64,000 bases of DNA from contig CAUYUJ010000126.1 in assembly GCA_963575745.1 (NCBI GenBank), positions 558,001 through 622,000 of the forward strand, written 5' to 3'. A program made the position numbers and the translations under genes. The notes below the pieces were generated by a model. It searched no databases, was not told where the DNA came from, and saw nothing but the letters and a program-made list of their open reading frames with translations. The stretch's first letter is position 1. Each line of letters starts with the position of its first letter. The DNA is from Prorocentrum cordatum (taxonomy: Eukaryota). This document shows positions 1-12,077 of this stretch, one piece after another.

Positions 1-373
1 GGGCGCCCCTACAAGGAGATCTGGTTGCGGTTGCTTGGCATTGGCTGGCAGATCGGGTTCACAGCGGGGCTCGGATGCTGCCAAAAACTACGCGTGCTCG
101 GTTGCCTCCCCTGTCAGCACCAGCGCCGCCGCCTGCCAGGCAAGAATCAAGGTGTGAATGATGCCGGCACGCCTTTTCAGGTGTCATTGTGTCAGGTCAG
201 GCTTGCAATTGCGAATGCGCTTACGCTACGACCGAGGTACTGACCCACACGAGGAGGTGGTAGACGGATCAGGTGCACTTACTGAGATGTAGCAGGGTGA
301 GACGTACCAGGTAGGATGCTGGCCTTGGCACACCAGTTTCACGATCGTGAGTACCTCATCGTGGGCACGCTTA

Positions 374-480
374 AGGCTCGCCGGAAGCACAATGCATGTC
401 GCAAGGCAGGCGAGGCTCGCTGGAAGCACAATGTATGTCGCAAGGCAGGCGAGGCACGCCGGAAGCACAGTGTACGTCAC
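374..480 (+). repeat. 39-bp tandem triplication inside the APE remnant
   Basis: AGGCTCGCCGGAAGCACAATGCATGTCGCAAGGCAGGCG at 374 and 413, partial third copy at 452; 39 nt preserves the frame. Confidence 0.9.
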
Positions 481-963
481 ACAGTAGGCAACCCTCACGT
501 GCTTACGGCAGCTGCGGAGCGCATTTGGCAATACGGTGCAGGACGGTGGCTCAACATCGGACACCAGACATCGGACATCGGCCTGCATCATGCACCGCGT
601 GGGTGCTGGGGGGTGGTGCCGAAGCACCCATCAAATGCTAGCAAAAGTGAAGCAAGTACAACCACAGTAAGACAATGTAGTCATCATCGCAATGTGATAA
701 AATGCATGACGAGGATGACTCGGGCTCAACAGTGACTTGAAACATCAGCCAGGCTGCAAACTTGCACGCGGACGCGTACGAGTACTGCCATACGACGCTC
801 GACACACGCTTGCAGCAAGACGTGCACCTGGCCTGTACGTATGAATTTCCTGGCCGCGCACGCACCACGCACGCGCAACGAGGAGGATGAGACGGCGGCT
901 TGGTGGGCACGCATGCAGCACGCGGTACTAGCAAGTCCAGATCCAGCCTCACTGTATCTCGCG

Positions 964-1080
964 ATCGCTCGGACGTCCATTCCCCGTGCATGTTTCGATT
1001 GCGTGCGTTTTCTTTTCTCGTCAGATGAACCTGCTCGATGGACATCGCTGCGAAAAATGCGCACGTTCGAACGATGCCAA
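964..1080. mobile_element. Short TIR element (family E) inserted in the APE remnant
   Basis: Ends ATCGCTCGGACGT ... ACGTTCGAACGATGCCAAG; homologous to copies at ~6948-7080, 7969-8040 and 29100-29221. Confidence 0.7.
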
Positions 1081-2507
1081 GGCATTGTCCCTAGGACGCT
1101 AATGCTACCACTGGTGCAGTAGAATCGACGTGTGCTGGGAGCGCAGGAGCAGAGGAGGAGAACAAGACGGGAGCGCCCGTTCCACCAACTCATGAGAACC
1201 AACGGACAAGCTGCTGTTCCGACTTTCGCACAACCATACTACGGCATCCAAGGGACGTAAGTATAACCAGGCGCAAGCCCGCAGCATCCGAGGAGACGCA
1301 TCGATTCCGCCACCTTGCGTCAAGCCTCTGTTGTGTCCGTCGGGCAGCGAGGGGAAGATCCAACAGTCGGCCCGTCAATGAGAGCTGACGACCACTACGT
1401 GGTAATGGCGGAAGTTCCAAGTCGCTAGTCAGATATCCAAGGACCTCGGAAGTTCTGGAATCGGGTCTACCACGATCCACAAAAGATTTCGGATCATGAA
1501 TGTTCAGCCCGCTATGTCCAGGCGATCAGAGAAATTCCGGAGCCAAGTTTTGAATGCCATCCGGATGACCATGCTAACTTCTTAAATCAGGAGCTGGCGA
1601 AGAAAGCTGCAAAGTGTTCCCCTGCGAAATGCTCCAGCTCAGGAAGAACGACTAGGCAGACATGGATCCCCGAGCTATCCCTGGGGCTACAGGATCGTAG
1701 GACGAATGGTAGGCACGACCTCAGAAGGTGTCTCCGATCCTAGCTAAACCAGCTACTCTTGGCAAGAAGGAAGAGAAATGGTTGTAATACAAGAAATATG
1801 CATGGAGATCCGCCACCGTGCCTTGAAACACTCTGTAGGGGCGGACCCCAAATTCTCAAATATATCGGGACTTCCCGTGTACCATCTGGGCTCCCCCGCG
1901 GCTTATCGCATGAATGGTTCGACCCAAGAAGGCCCAGGGACGGACCATAGTGTGCAAATTACCGCTGCTGTCTGTTGCCATGATTATTTCCGTGCCGCGG
2001 AGATAAGACTGGCCCTCTTAGGTATTCAATGAACTGTGGCAGGCGCACCATGTTGGCCTCCTGCACCGCACCGCGACATGCCAGTTTGTCTTCCTCGACC
2101 TGTGCCAGTGTGTCTACCTTGACCATGTTGGCCTCCTGCACCGCATCGCGACATTGCTTGCGCACTTGGCCAAGCACCGAGTGCCGTGGTGAGCGTTCCC
2201 GCCCTCTCCCAAAGCGCAATGATAGCCACTCTGTTTCCGCTGTTGCCTCGTTCTTGCCGTGCTGGGGCGGAGTTAACTCCCCACTCAGATACAACGAACG
2301 ACCGCAAAGGTCGGCTGTGCCCAAAGGCAGCTCTGATGACTGCCAGCTGGTACTGTTTGCCTGCTTCACTCGACCCAGGTGCCCCAGCAGAATTGTTACA
2401 CACCTTCTGTTCTGCAAGTCGCGTGCCGGCCTCTGCTGACAAACTCGTTGCTTGATCAGCGTCGACATCCAAAAAACACCTCCGTCGCCCACCCACCCAC
2501 CCGCCTA

Positions 2508-2683
2508 CAGTCGGGGCGTTGACCTAAGGAACCCTAAAAAAGCAACGAGGCCCCTTTTCCCCAGAAGTTAAACTTCGACTCCCCATCGAGAACCTGGGGA
2601 AAGCCCGAGGCAAGCTGTGAAACACTCAAGGAACGCGGAGCCCCTCCCCAACGAAGAGGGCTCCTTCTCCAGGGCCCCGACTG
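2508..2683. mobile_element. Tc1/mariner-type MITE (family A)
   Basis: TA|CAGTCGGGGC ... GCCCCGACTG|TA; internally homologous copies at 26805-26980 and 56690-56864. Confidence 0.85.
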
Positions 2684-3469
2684 TATGCCAACCTCCTCCC
2701 CCCTCCCCCTCCCTCCGCGCACCCGCGAAGGCCCGCGGCCGTCGCGCGGCCGCGGCCGTCGCGCGGCCGAGGCGGGGCGCCCTCACGCCGCCGCTCCGCG
2801 CCTCGCCTCGCGGCGGCGCGGGCGGCGCCGCACCCCCCTCCGGCCCTCCCGGAGAGCACCGCCGTCGCCGCCGCCCTCGTCGCCTGCCGTCTGCCGCTGT
2901 CGTCGTCACCGCCGCCGCCGGCCAACGTCGCCTGTCGCCGTCGGCACCGTCTGTCGTCGTCCGTCGTCATCGTCGTCCGTCGTCGCCTGTCGTCTTCTGT
3001 CACGGTTTGTCATCGTGCCGTCTTTGTCGTCGTCTGCCACCGAGTTCGTCGTCGACGACGTCGCACAAACGTGCGACTGGCCTGGACAGGCCAGCGTAGA
3101 GGAACGTGCGCTCGCTGGATTACATCTATGTATGCATGCACGTACGCATGATTGTTATAGTTTCTTCCTGTCACATCCTGCCTGCATGCCAGCCTGGCCA
3201 TCTGCTGACGCGCCTGTCACTTGTATGTGAAATCCTGCATGCACGCCTGTCTGTGCCTCCCTGTATGACTCCATCTCTGTCTCGGTCTCTCCACATCTCG
3301 GATGTCTGCCTTCCCCTGTCAAGGGGCCCAGCTCCCAACTCGCAGATGTCTTCGGCGTAGCGCGCGATGCTCGGGGAGCCCCGCGTGTCAGTGTCCCGAG
3401 ACCAAAACGCACTGGAAAAAACTAAGATTCTTTGTGTTCGGCACTAGGAGGGGACACGGGCGCAGTTGT

Positions 3470-4717
3470 GCCAGAATGGCCCACGAGACCGCCAAGAGGC
3501 CCTCAGAGACACCTAGGAGGAGGTCCCAAAAGAGACCCACAAGAGGCCTCCAAGAGGCCCGACGAGGCACAGAGAAGGCCTCCAACAGGCCCCCAGACCT
3601 CAAGAGACACGAAAGAAGACTCCGAATCACAACCCAGGCACGGTGGTCGGATGGGCCGAAGACCACAAGAGCTGCCGCCCCCTGTGCTTGCCACAAGGGT
3701 GCACGGCGCGCCGAACATCTGGGAGGTGTTAGTCCTCTTGTGGGAAATCCCTGTGGGGCGTCGGCCCAGCCCGCAAGCCACCAGGAACGCCACCGAAAAT
3801 TCGGTCTCCATTGGTCCAATCGCGTCCAAGACGGCCCGGATGGCCCAAGATGGCCTCCAAGATGCCTCCTCCAAGACGGCCAAGATGGCTCCAAGAGAAG
3901 CCAAGATAGCCCTAAAACGACCTCAAGACGGTCCCAAGATGCCTCCAAGACCACCACGATGGTCAAAGAGAGCCTAAGACGACCCAAGAAGCGCACAAGA
4001 GGCCCCTGAGCCCTAAGACGACCCAAGAGGCCTCTAAGAGGTCATCCAGGAAGGCCCGAAGAGGCCAAAATCATTTTTCTTCCGTAGGTTGTGAAAGGAT
4101 GCTGGCACTTGCTTCAAAACAGCCTTCCGACGGCCCAAGACGGCGCAAGAGGTCCCCAAGATTGCCCCAAGATCGCCCAAGAGGCCTCCAAGATGGACCC
4201 AGAACGGCCCAAGAGACTCCCAAGACGGTCCCCAAAGAGCCCCAAGACGGCCAAAAGAGCCTCCAAGACGCACACGATGGCCTTCAAGGAGATGCTGAAG
4301 CGCACAAAGAGGGCGCCAAGACGGCCCAAAGAGGTTCCCAAGACGGCTTCCGACGGCGTCAGACGGGCCAGGAACGCCCCAAGACGACTGGAGTGGCCCT
4401 CAAGAAGCCCCCAAAGGCACCCAACAGACACAAGGAGGCTCCCGATGGGGTCTGCAGGAAGCTCCCGGGAAGTTCCCTGGAGGCCCCAAGAATCACTCAA
4501 GAAGCTCCCAAGAGATCTCCTCACCCTTCTCCCCATCCTCTTTCTTCCTACCTCGCCCCATCCTCCTCTTCCTCCTCCACGTGCTCCCCGAAGGGGTTCC
4601 ACAATAGCTGGGGAAACGCATGGTCCAATAGCGTGACCATAACGTGCCCAAACGTTTGGCCACAAGTCGTGTCCTAAAAGGCACGGGGCGGCGGTGATTC
4701 GCCGCAGGCGTCTTCGA
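3470..4717 (+). mobile_element. CCAAGA-repeat-filled element with a Helitron2-like 3' end; 5' end not resolved
   Basis: The last ~140 bp are homologous to 49696-49833 and end GGGGCGGCGG TGATT CGCC-GCA-GGCG TCTTCGA|T. Confidence 0.65.
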
Positions 4718-5175
4718 TAATGAATTGCTACAACTACCCTGAGAACGGAATCATCTTGCTTGGTAGAGAGCGTGGAATCGCGATGCATTGGTGATGCCCA
4801 AGCTCGTCTGTCAGCTTCCCCTCTCATCCTGAGCCATCCCTCATTATCCCTGCTCGCAACCACATGGTAAATGCGAAGGCATGACAGCTCGCAGGGAAGC
4901 CACACGTTGCCACGGCCATACTACCCCTGCGGAAATTGACAAGGAGTAAACGCGCAAAAGAATGTGCTGCATTTCAGCTTGGACTGACCATGTGAAGGAG
5001 TCCCTGTACGCGCGGAGGGGCTGTTCCCCCCAAATGCGTTTCCAATTGCGCCGCCTCTCCAGCTGGGTAGGACGTGACCCTGGGGCGCCCGAAAGTAAGC
5101 ACCTGCCGGGACGCCCCCTGCGATGCTCGAGGGGGGCGTGCCGGGGCGCCTGCCAGGGGTGCCCGCAGACTATCC

Positions 5176-5654
5176 GGGGAAACGAAAAGGCACCGATACA
5201 GCTGCTCCGCTGCTCCCAAGGCCTCTCCAGAGTGTCGAGGCGAATGCTGCGGTGGCGACGAGGGCTTCCCGGGAGGCCCGAAAAGACGAACACCAGGCAA
5301 AGGTAGCGGCATGGGTACCTAGAGGCTTCCCAGATGGGGTCGGAGTAGACGGGGTCGGAGGATCTCGCCGCATCGCCGATACATCGTTGCTGCATCGGCG
5401 CTGCATCGGCGACATCGGCGATGCACCGGCGACGTCGATGTGGAGAAAATCGAGCTCCGCACCGATGCATCACCGATGCGGCTCGATGCGGAGCTCGATT
5501 TTCTCCACGTCGGCGTCGCCAGTGCATCGCCGACGTCGCCGATGCATCGCCGATGCATCGCCGATGCATCAACGATGCATCGGCGATGCGGCGCGGTCCT
5601 CCGACCCCATCTACTCGGACCCCAGCTGGGAGGCCTAGAGTACCTGTTCCCCCC
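5176..5654 (-). mobile_element. AGGTACC-TIR element (candidate introner family), interrupted by a foldback element
   Basis: Homologous to 21789-21957, 39498-39663 and 60522-60686; GTACCT occurs on both sides of the insertion. Confidence 0.65.
5324..5635. mobile_element. ~310-bp foldback (near-perfect palindrome) built from CATCGCCGATG units
   Basis: Arms GGCTTCCCAGATGGGGTCGGAGTAGA / TCTACTCGGACCCCAGCTGGGAGGCC, centre ~5480, TAGA on both flanks. Partial copies at ~11460-11590, 40330-40495 and 41020-41130. Confidence 0.85.
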
Positions 5655-5876
5655 TCTGCGCGTGTCCGACTGCCCAAATGGCCTGCCAGGACGCCTCCCC
5701 GGGGCGCCCGGAGGCGCCTCCCGGGACGGTGGCGTGAGGGCGAGCTGCGCCCTCTCGCGCAGGCCACCTGCCCCCTGGAGAGGGGCAGGTTTTCAGCCCG
5801 GGCGCCGCGAAGCGCGCACCGTCGCGCCCCTGCACCGGGCCTGAGGGACGGGAAGCCACCGACCCCTCCCCGCACA

Positions 5877-6047
5877 CTGTCGGCCCGTATCACAAGGATG
5901 CGCGGTGAGGATGCAAAGGCCTTGGAGGGCCGCGTTCGCGGTGTTCGAACGGGGTTGGCCAGCGAGAGTCGCCAAGGATGGGCCGAAGGGGCAAGGACGC
6001 AAGGGTTCCATTGGAAAGGTTGCCCATCTTTACTATGCGGGTCGACA
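5877..6047. mobile_element. MITE family B, degenerate copy
   Basis: Internally homologous to 8302-8472 and 25875-26051. Confidence 0.65.
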
Positions 6048-6657
6048 ACACTCTTTTTTTTGTCGCACCGCGGCAGAGGCAGTCCGCACGCGCGGTCAGG
6101 CGGTCTGGGCAACAAAGGGCGCAAAAATTGACCCGCGGCGGGAGGGAAAGACGGGCGAGAGAGGCCACCCACCCCTCCCCGCACACCCGACCCCTACACT
6201 CGGGTGCGCACGCTGCAACGCCCTCTGGTGCCCACCCACACCGACAGCCCTGGGTCACCCGAACGGCCGACCCAGGCCTGCCCTCAATCACAGCCATCGT
6301 ACTACCACCCGGAACGCCAAAGAAATACTCTGGATGGTTTGGAGTAACCTTCTGACTGAGACTGCCGAATCCCGCCCCCCTCCATCCTCCTCCCCCTCCT
6401 CATCCTCCTCTTCCTCCAGCCCCGCCTCCACACGTGCCGACAGCACGTGCCCAAACCCCCTCAGCGGAACCAAGGGGGGGGTGGAGCGATTAGTGCCCCA
6501 TCCAGAGCGAGGAACGAGAGGGCTCTGCTCGCCAAAGCGAGCCTCGGCCACAAGAAAGAACGGGCTCCCCGACCTCCACTCGAGGAAGGGCCTGCAAGAC
6601 CCGAGGCCCTTCTGGACACAACGCGGTCCTTATTTCAGCGCCTTGACTGTACCTGTA

Positions 6658-6812
6658 GGTCGGGCATGTCCACCTACAGGCGGATTTGGGAAGAAAATCT
6701 AACAGTAGTCCAAACATATTTCAAAATGGTGTAAAATAATCAAAACAAATCGTCCCCAGACTATTGCTCGACTTATTTTGAATGTTCCTCCTGTCGAGGG
6801 ACATGCCCGACC
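6658..6812. mobile_element. MITE family C
   Basis: TA|GGTCGGGCATGTCC ... GGACATGCCCGACC|TA; second copy at 26668-27009. Confidence 0.8.
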
Positions 6813-7515
6813 TAAGTGTACCCCCCAACGCCGCACTCTCGTCATGCGGGCCCCCCGGGGCTGCCCTGCAAGACCCGAGACCCTCCTGAACCCAACGCGG
6901 TCTTTATTTCGGCGTCTTGACTGTACCCCCTCCCCCTCCAAACTGCCATGGCTCGGACGTCCATTCACCGCGGATTGTTCGGTTTCGCACGTTTTGTATT
7001 TTATCTTTTTTCTGAAAAAGATGATCCCAGATGCTCCTCGATGGCCCTCGGCGAGAAAAAAGGCACACGTCCGAGCGGTGCCACTCCAGCGCCGCACTCT
7101 CTTCATCGGGCCGGGCGAAAGGGGGGGATAGCAAAGGGAAGGTTTGAGAATCAGCTCACGTAGCTGATTTTCCTGGCACCTCCTGGCGCCGCAGGCGGCC
7201 ATGTATCGAGGAATGGGCCCGGCGGCGAGGCCGAAACCAGCTGCATGCAGCAAATTTCGTACTCCCCCCCCTTCGTCCGGCCCGATTCACACGGGGCCCC
7301 CGGGGCTCTCGGAGCCCCTGCCCCCTTGGCCCGAGACGGCCCTGCCGCCCGAGCCGGCTTCTCCTCTGGCGGCCTCCCGGGGCCTCGGAGGCGGCGGCCC
7401 CTCGGGGCCGAAGGCGTCGATGGGGAGCCGGCCGCCGCGTGTTGTGCGACGCACCCGCTCGCTCCCGGCGTGACGCGTCCCCCTGAGCGGCCGCCGCCTC
7501 GTTCCCCTCCCCTTA

Positions 7516-7667
7516 CCAGCCTCGAACGTATCCCTATCCCTAAGATTGACACGCCAAAAGGCGATGACAATCTTAGGGATTCGCCGGCAAAATATAAGGG
7601 AATCCCTAAGATTGCCATCGTGATGAGGAGGTGCCCAGCACAGGGATAGGGATATGTTCCAGGCTGG
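7516..7667. mobile_element. MITE family D
   Basis: TA|CCAGCCTCGAACGTATCCCTATCCCT ... AGGGATAGGGATATGTTCCAGGCTGG|TA; second copy at 22753-22904. Confidence 0.85.
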
Positions 7668-7679
7668 TAAGCGTTGGCT

Positions 7680-8290
7680 CTTCCGCCGGCGCAGTTGCTC
7701 TGCCCAGCCGCCGACGCAAAGAGTTATGCAACGGATGAATCTGGAAGTCGTTGACGCCGCGATCGCGTTGACGGTGGCTTCCAAGGCGTGCTTGCCAGAA
7801 GACAGGGTCACCGAAGATGTGTGAGGCCAGCACTACGTCGCATAGCCAGCCGTCGCGTCTGCGGCGAAGAAACGGATCCAGACGCTGTTTGACGCCGCGA
7901 TCGCTTTGACGGTGGCTTCCCGAGCGTGCTTGCCACAAAACAGGGTCACCGAAGTTTTCAGGGGCCAGCTTGCCATCGCTCGGACATTCATTTCCCGTGC
8001 ATTGTTCAGTCTAAAGTGCACACGTCCGAGCGATGCCAAGGCAATGGCTTGAAGATCAGATCCATCTGACTTCATGAGCGCACTCGATTTTGAAAAGGGT
8101 GACTCTGCAACTGCTGGGGAGCGCGCGCATATACACTAGGCTATCTGGGCCCTGCCCCATGGAGCTTCGCAGAAACGCAATATGACAACGCGTGGTGTCT
8201 AATTGTGTAGCCCGTTCTCTGGGCGACAGGTGTTGAAACAATGTATACAATGTGATTGGACTGCCGATTGTCACTAAGTGGGGGCGAAAC
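7680..8290 (+). pseudogene. Coding-like remnant with a 138-bp (46-codon) internal repeat, interrupted by a family E element
   Basis: DAAIALTVASKACLPEDRVTEDV*GQ repeats as DAAIALTVASRACLPQNRVTEVFRGQ 138 nt later; several in-frame stops. Confidence 0.35.
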
Positions 8291-8301
8291 ATAAAATAGT
8301 A

Positions 8302-8472
8302 CAGTCAAAATTGAAAATAAGGATGCGCGGTGAGAATGCAAGCCCCTTGGACGCTCATGACGAAGCTTTTCGAATGCGGCTGGCCATCGAAAGGGGTTAA
8401 GGATGGACCGACGAGGCAAGGATGCAAGGGTACCTTGGGGAGGTTACTCATCCTTACAATCGGTTTCGACTG
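8302..8472. mobile_element. Tc1/mariner-type MITE (family B)
   Basis: TA|CAGTC...TAAGGATG ... CATCCTTA...GACTG|TA; three copies in the window. Confidence 0.8.
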
Positions 8473-8619
8473 TATAGTGGACATGTTCCTGGCCTCGAGC
8501 TGCGCTTGCCCCTCCCGTCCAACGCCGCCAGCCCTCCCCCCTCGGGCGCACGGGGCCTTCTTGCGCGGGCGTCCACCGGCCGCGAGTCCTCCGAATATGT
8601 CCTCGGGCGCTGATATGTC

Positions 8620-9010
8620 CCCCCCTTCTCCTCCTCCTCCTCCTCCTCCTCCTCCTCCTCCTCCTCCTCCCCACTCCTCCTCCTCCTCCTCCTCCTCCTC
8701 CTCCTCCTCCTCCTCCTCCTCCTCCTCCTCCTCCTCTCCTCCTCCTCCTCCTCCTCCTCCTCCTCCTCCTCCTCCTCCTCCCTCCTCCTCCTCCTCCTCC
8801 TCCTCCTCCTCCCTCCTCCTCCTCCTCCTCCTCCTCCTCCTCCTCCTCCTCCTCCTCCTCCTCCTCCTCCTCCTCCTCTCTCCTCCTCTCTCCTCCTCCT
8901 CCTCCCTTCCTCCTCCTTTCCTCCTCCTCCTCCTCCTCCTCCTCCTCCTCCTCCTTCTCCTCCTCCTCCTCCTCCTCCTCCTCCTCCTTCTCCTCCACCT
9001 CCGCCTCCCT
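8620..9010. repeat. (CCT)n microsatellite
   Basis: Directly visible imperfect trinucleotide tract. Confidence 0.95.
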
Positions 9011-9351
9011 CTCCCCACAGCGCGACTCCACTTGGCTCGAGCCGGCAGGGCATGTCCCTCCCGCACGGGCCGCAAGCGGGGCACTGCCGAGGAGTTTGGG
9101 ATGGCGACGGGACGCATGCGGGGTACAGTCGGACTTCATTGGACAGGACACGCGAGAGGACAGGGACTGGACCCTTCCGAGGGGACAGGACTTCATTGGA
9201 CAGGACACGCTAGAGGACAGGACACGCGGGAGGACAAGGACACGCGAGAGGACTTCATTGGACAGGACCCTTCCGAGGGCCACCTTGCCACAAGAATGCA
9301 GGAGGCACGAGTCGCGAGACGCAGGACACAAGGGTACCCTTGATTTGGCAG

Positions 9352-10730
9352 GGTCCGCCCATTATGCCGGGCCGACGGTATTTCGCCCGAGCAAGTGCCT
9401 TGCGGACAAGGCAAAGTGAGAGTTCCGCAGGGAACGTGCTGAGCGGCGCTTCCGACGAATCCTCGACGAGGCAGTCAGCTCCGTCATGGAGGAGCTGCAG
9501 GTCGTCGAGGGCGACGCCGTGGAGCTGGCCGCTCGCTTTGCGGCGCTTGGCAAGGCGTTGCTGCTTCATCGCCAGGCCGCTGCGCACTGTTGGTGGGGAC
9601 TGTCGTCTGGGTGACGGTTTGCGCGAGGTTGCGGGCCTTGCGGGCGTGCCTTCTGACTGGTGGCTTGCCTGTGCACATGAAATCGAGGCGGCTGATGACA
9701 GAGCTCGGCAAGAGCCGTTCCGCGACGAGCCTTCGGTGGATGCCGACGCGCACGTCCAGTTTAAAAAGAAGTTGGACGCTCCGCAGGCCTCAGACCGTTC
9801 CTCAGGTCGCAACAGTGGAGGTCGACTCGCTCGACGTCCACGGCGTCTGGGAACCCGTCGAGGCGCACTTCGAAGGCTTGCGATGCTGGTGCGGCACGCT
9901 CATTTTCTCATCGGCGTCCCTGCGCGGGCAGAGAGGCACCGATTGTCAAATCTTCTTTGATAATCTGACGGCCGACGAAAAGCTGATCCCACTTGTTGCG
10001 ACCTTCGCGGACGCCGCTGCCGACGAGGAACCTGGAAAGCTTGGGCTGGCACGTCCAAAAGCCCATGCCAAAGATGATTCACAACCGCGGCGGCAAGGCG
10101 GAAAAAAGAGAAAAGAGGGAGGGGGAGAACGGAAGAGGGCGGGGGTGTTGTTATTGGTTGTGGTGATGGTGGTGTTGTTGTTGGTGCTAGTGTTGCTGGT
10201 GGTGGTGGTGGCGTTGGTGTTGCTGTCGTTGTTGTTGGTGGTGGTGTTGTTGGTGCTGTGGATCGCGCTCAACGCAGGTGAACCAGAAGAGATCGCCTCC
10301 GTCGGACTTGGGGTCGGACTCCATCCCCAACCCGTCTCGACGGGCGCTCTCTCCAAGCGCCTGGACTCGCGGCAGGTCGCTCTCGAGCAGGCCGAATGAC
10401 TTAAGCACAGTCTCCCTCGGAGCAAACCCGAGCCGCCGTGACTCTGAGTTTGCCTCACCATCTTACAGCTTCTTCCAAAGACGGCAGCACTAGCTGGAGA
10501 CGTGTTGTTTCCGTTGTTCCCCGAAGCGCACACTTCCGAAATAGAGGCCGAGATCCAGAGCTGGACGCTGGTCGGGCCCTTGAGGCGCCCATTCCTGTAG
10601 CGAGCCCGTACCCGACGGAACGTGCGCGCCTTATTCGTGATGCTGCTACTTACGGACGCCTCCGAAGTCTGAGCGGGAAGCAATTCCCATTGGACCGCCG
10701 ATCGATTGGGCGAAATTTGGTGTCGCATAA
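9352..10730 (+). pseudogene. Exon-like fragments of an intron-containing host gene, probably pseudogenised; product unknown
   Basis: cag|G at 9351/9352 opens SAHYAGPTVFRPSKCLADKAK*EFRRERAERRFRRILDEAVSSVMEELQVVEGDAVELAARFAALGK, ending AAG|gc at 9554. gag|G at 9687/9688 opens AADDRARQEPFRDE...; a frameshift near 9800 leads to VATVEVDSLDVHGVWEPVE. More coding-like blocks at ~9935-10040 and ~10530-10720. Confidence 0.45.
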
Positions 10731-11905
10731 GATGGCTGTGAGATCACGATTTCGATGCCGCTATCTGTGCTGATGCTAGTCTCCTCTTTCCCTCGGCGTG
10801 TTCGTCGCAGAGCTCGTGGCGATCAGAGGCGCGGGGGGGGAACTCGCCCGCGGTTGAAATGCGACTGCGTCGGATAGCTCGATACTCGATACTCCTCTTG
10901 TCTCCTGTCATCACCCCCTTCTCCTCCCCCCCCTCCTCCTCCTCCTCCTCCTCCTTCTCCTCCTCCTCCTCCTCCTCCTCCTCCTCCTCGTCTTCCTCGT
11001 CCTCCGCCTCGTTTTCCTCCTCGTCCTCCTCCTGTCGTCCGGCCCGATCGCCCAGCGCGGACCGAGCCCGAAAGGCCAGGCAGCCTCCGAGTCCGAGCCG
11101 GCCTTCCATTTCCGACAGTCGCGAGGAGGACGCCCAGGTGTCGAGTGCGGCGCTGCTTCGGCAGAGACACCCCGCGGGCCCCGACCCAAACCAGGCCTCC
11201 TCATGGTCCTCCTGGTCACGATCTTTCACGACTGCTTTCAACCCGTGGAAGCACCAACAGAATGACGTCTGCCACTCCAAGGATCCTTGGAGCTCCTCTC
11301 CCCACTGCGTTCCAGGCCGAGCCATACCATGGTCCCCCCCCCCTCCTCTCCCTTCCTCTCCCCCATCCCCCTTCTCGCCTCCACTATCCTGGCCACCCCC
11401 GCCCCCTCCCTTCTCGCCCCTACCTTCTCCTCAGCCGTCCCGCCATCCCCTTCCCCGCTCCGATGCGGATCGATATTTAGCCCGATTTCTTCCACGACGG
11501 CGTCGCCGATGCATCGCCGACGTCGCCAGTGCATCGCCGATGTATCGCCGATGCGGCGCGATCCCCCGGCCCCACCCGACCCCATTTCCCCGCCTCCGTT
11601 TCTTCACCTCCCGCCGTTCCCGCTCGCACCTGTTGCCTGTGGCCGCCGAGCTACCAAGACCCGCCTCACCCCTCGTGAACCGACACGACAGGTCACGGAC
11701 CAGGGCCGAGACCTCGCCGCAGGCGCCCCCCTCTACCGGGCAGCAGCGCCACGCCCCCAACCTCAGACCTCCAACTCTGGGGCCCCAGAGCGGTGCGGCG
11801 ACGAACGGCGCGGTGACCTCGAAATCCGGAAGGCCCTCGCTGCACGGCCTGTCGCCGCACCCTTTACAAGCGCGAAGGAAGCCCTGTGGCACGGAGGGGA
11901 GAGAA

Positions 11906-12077
11906 TCGGGGTTGGACAGACCCCCCCTTTAGTAAAACGTGGTTCAGATAAAACGACCTCGGGCCCAAACCTGGCGGGCGCAAGCCTGGAAAATGGCGGC
12001 CGCGGCGCCCTCTGGAGAACCGAAAACAGACAATTCACTAATCGACGTGTCAGGGTAGGAGGTCTGTCCACCCCCGA
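11906..12077. mobile_element. MITE family F
   Basis: TCGGGGTTGGACAGACC ... GGTCTGTCCACCCCCGA; shares AATCGACGTGTCAGGGTAGGAGGTCT with the copy at 55987-56158. Confidence 0.8.

Larger units (their letters stand above)
190..1800 (+). pseudogene. Decayed 5' part of a non-LTR retrotransposon ORF: APE-type endonuclease plus linker
   Basis: APE motifs appear in order across frameshifts and stops: RLAIANALTLRP (~198-236), LAHQFHDREYLIVG..EAR (~325-460), FLAAHAP..AWW (~847-906), DANATTGAVESTCAGSAGAEEENKTG (~1095-1172), RRRID (~1290-1305), DDHYVVMAEV (~1388-1417). These are followed by the linker IPEPSFECHPDDHANFLNQEL..TWIPELS. Confidence 0.75.
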
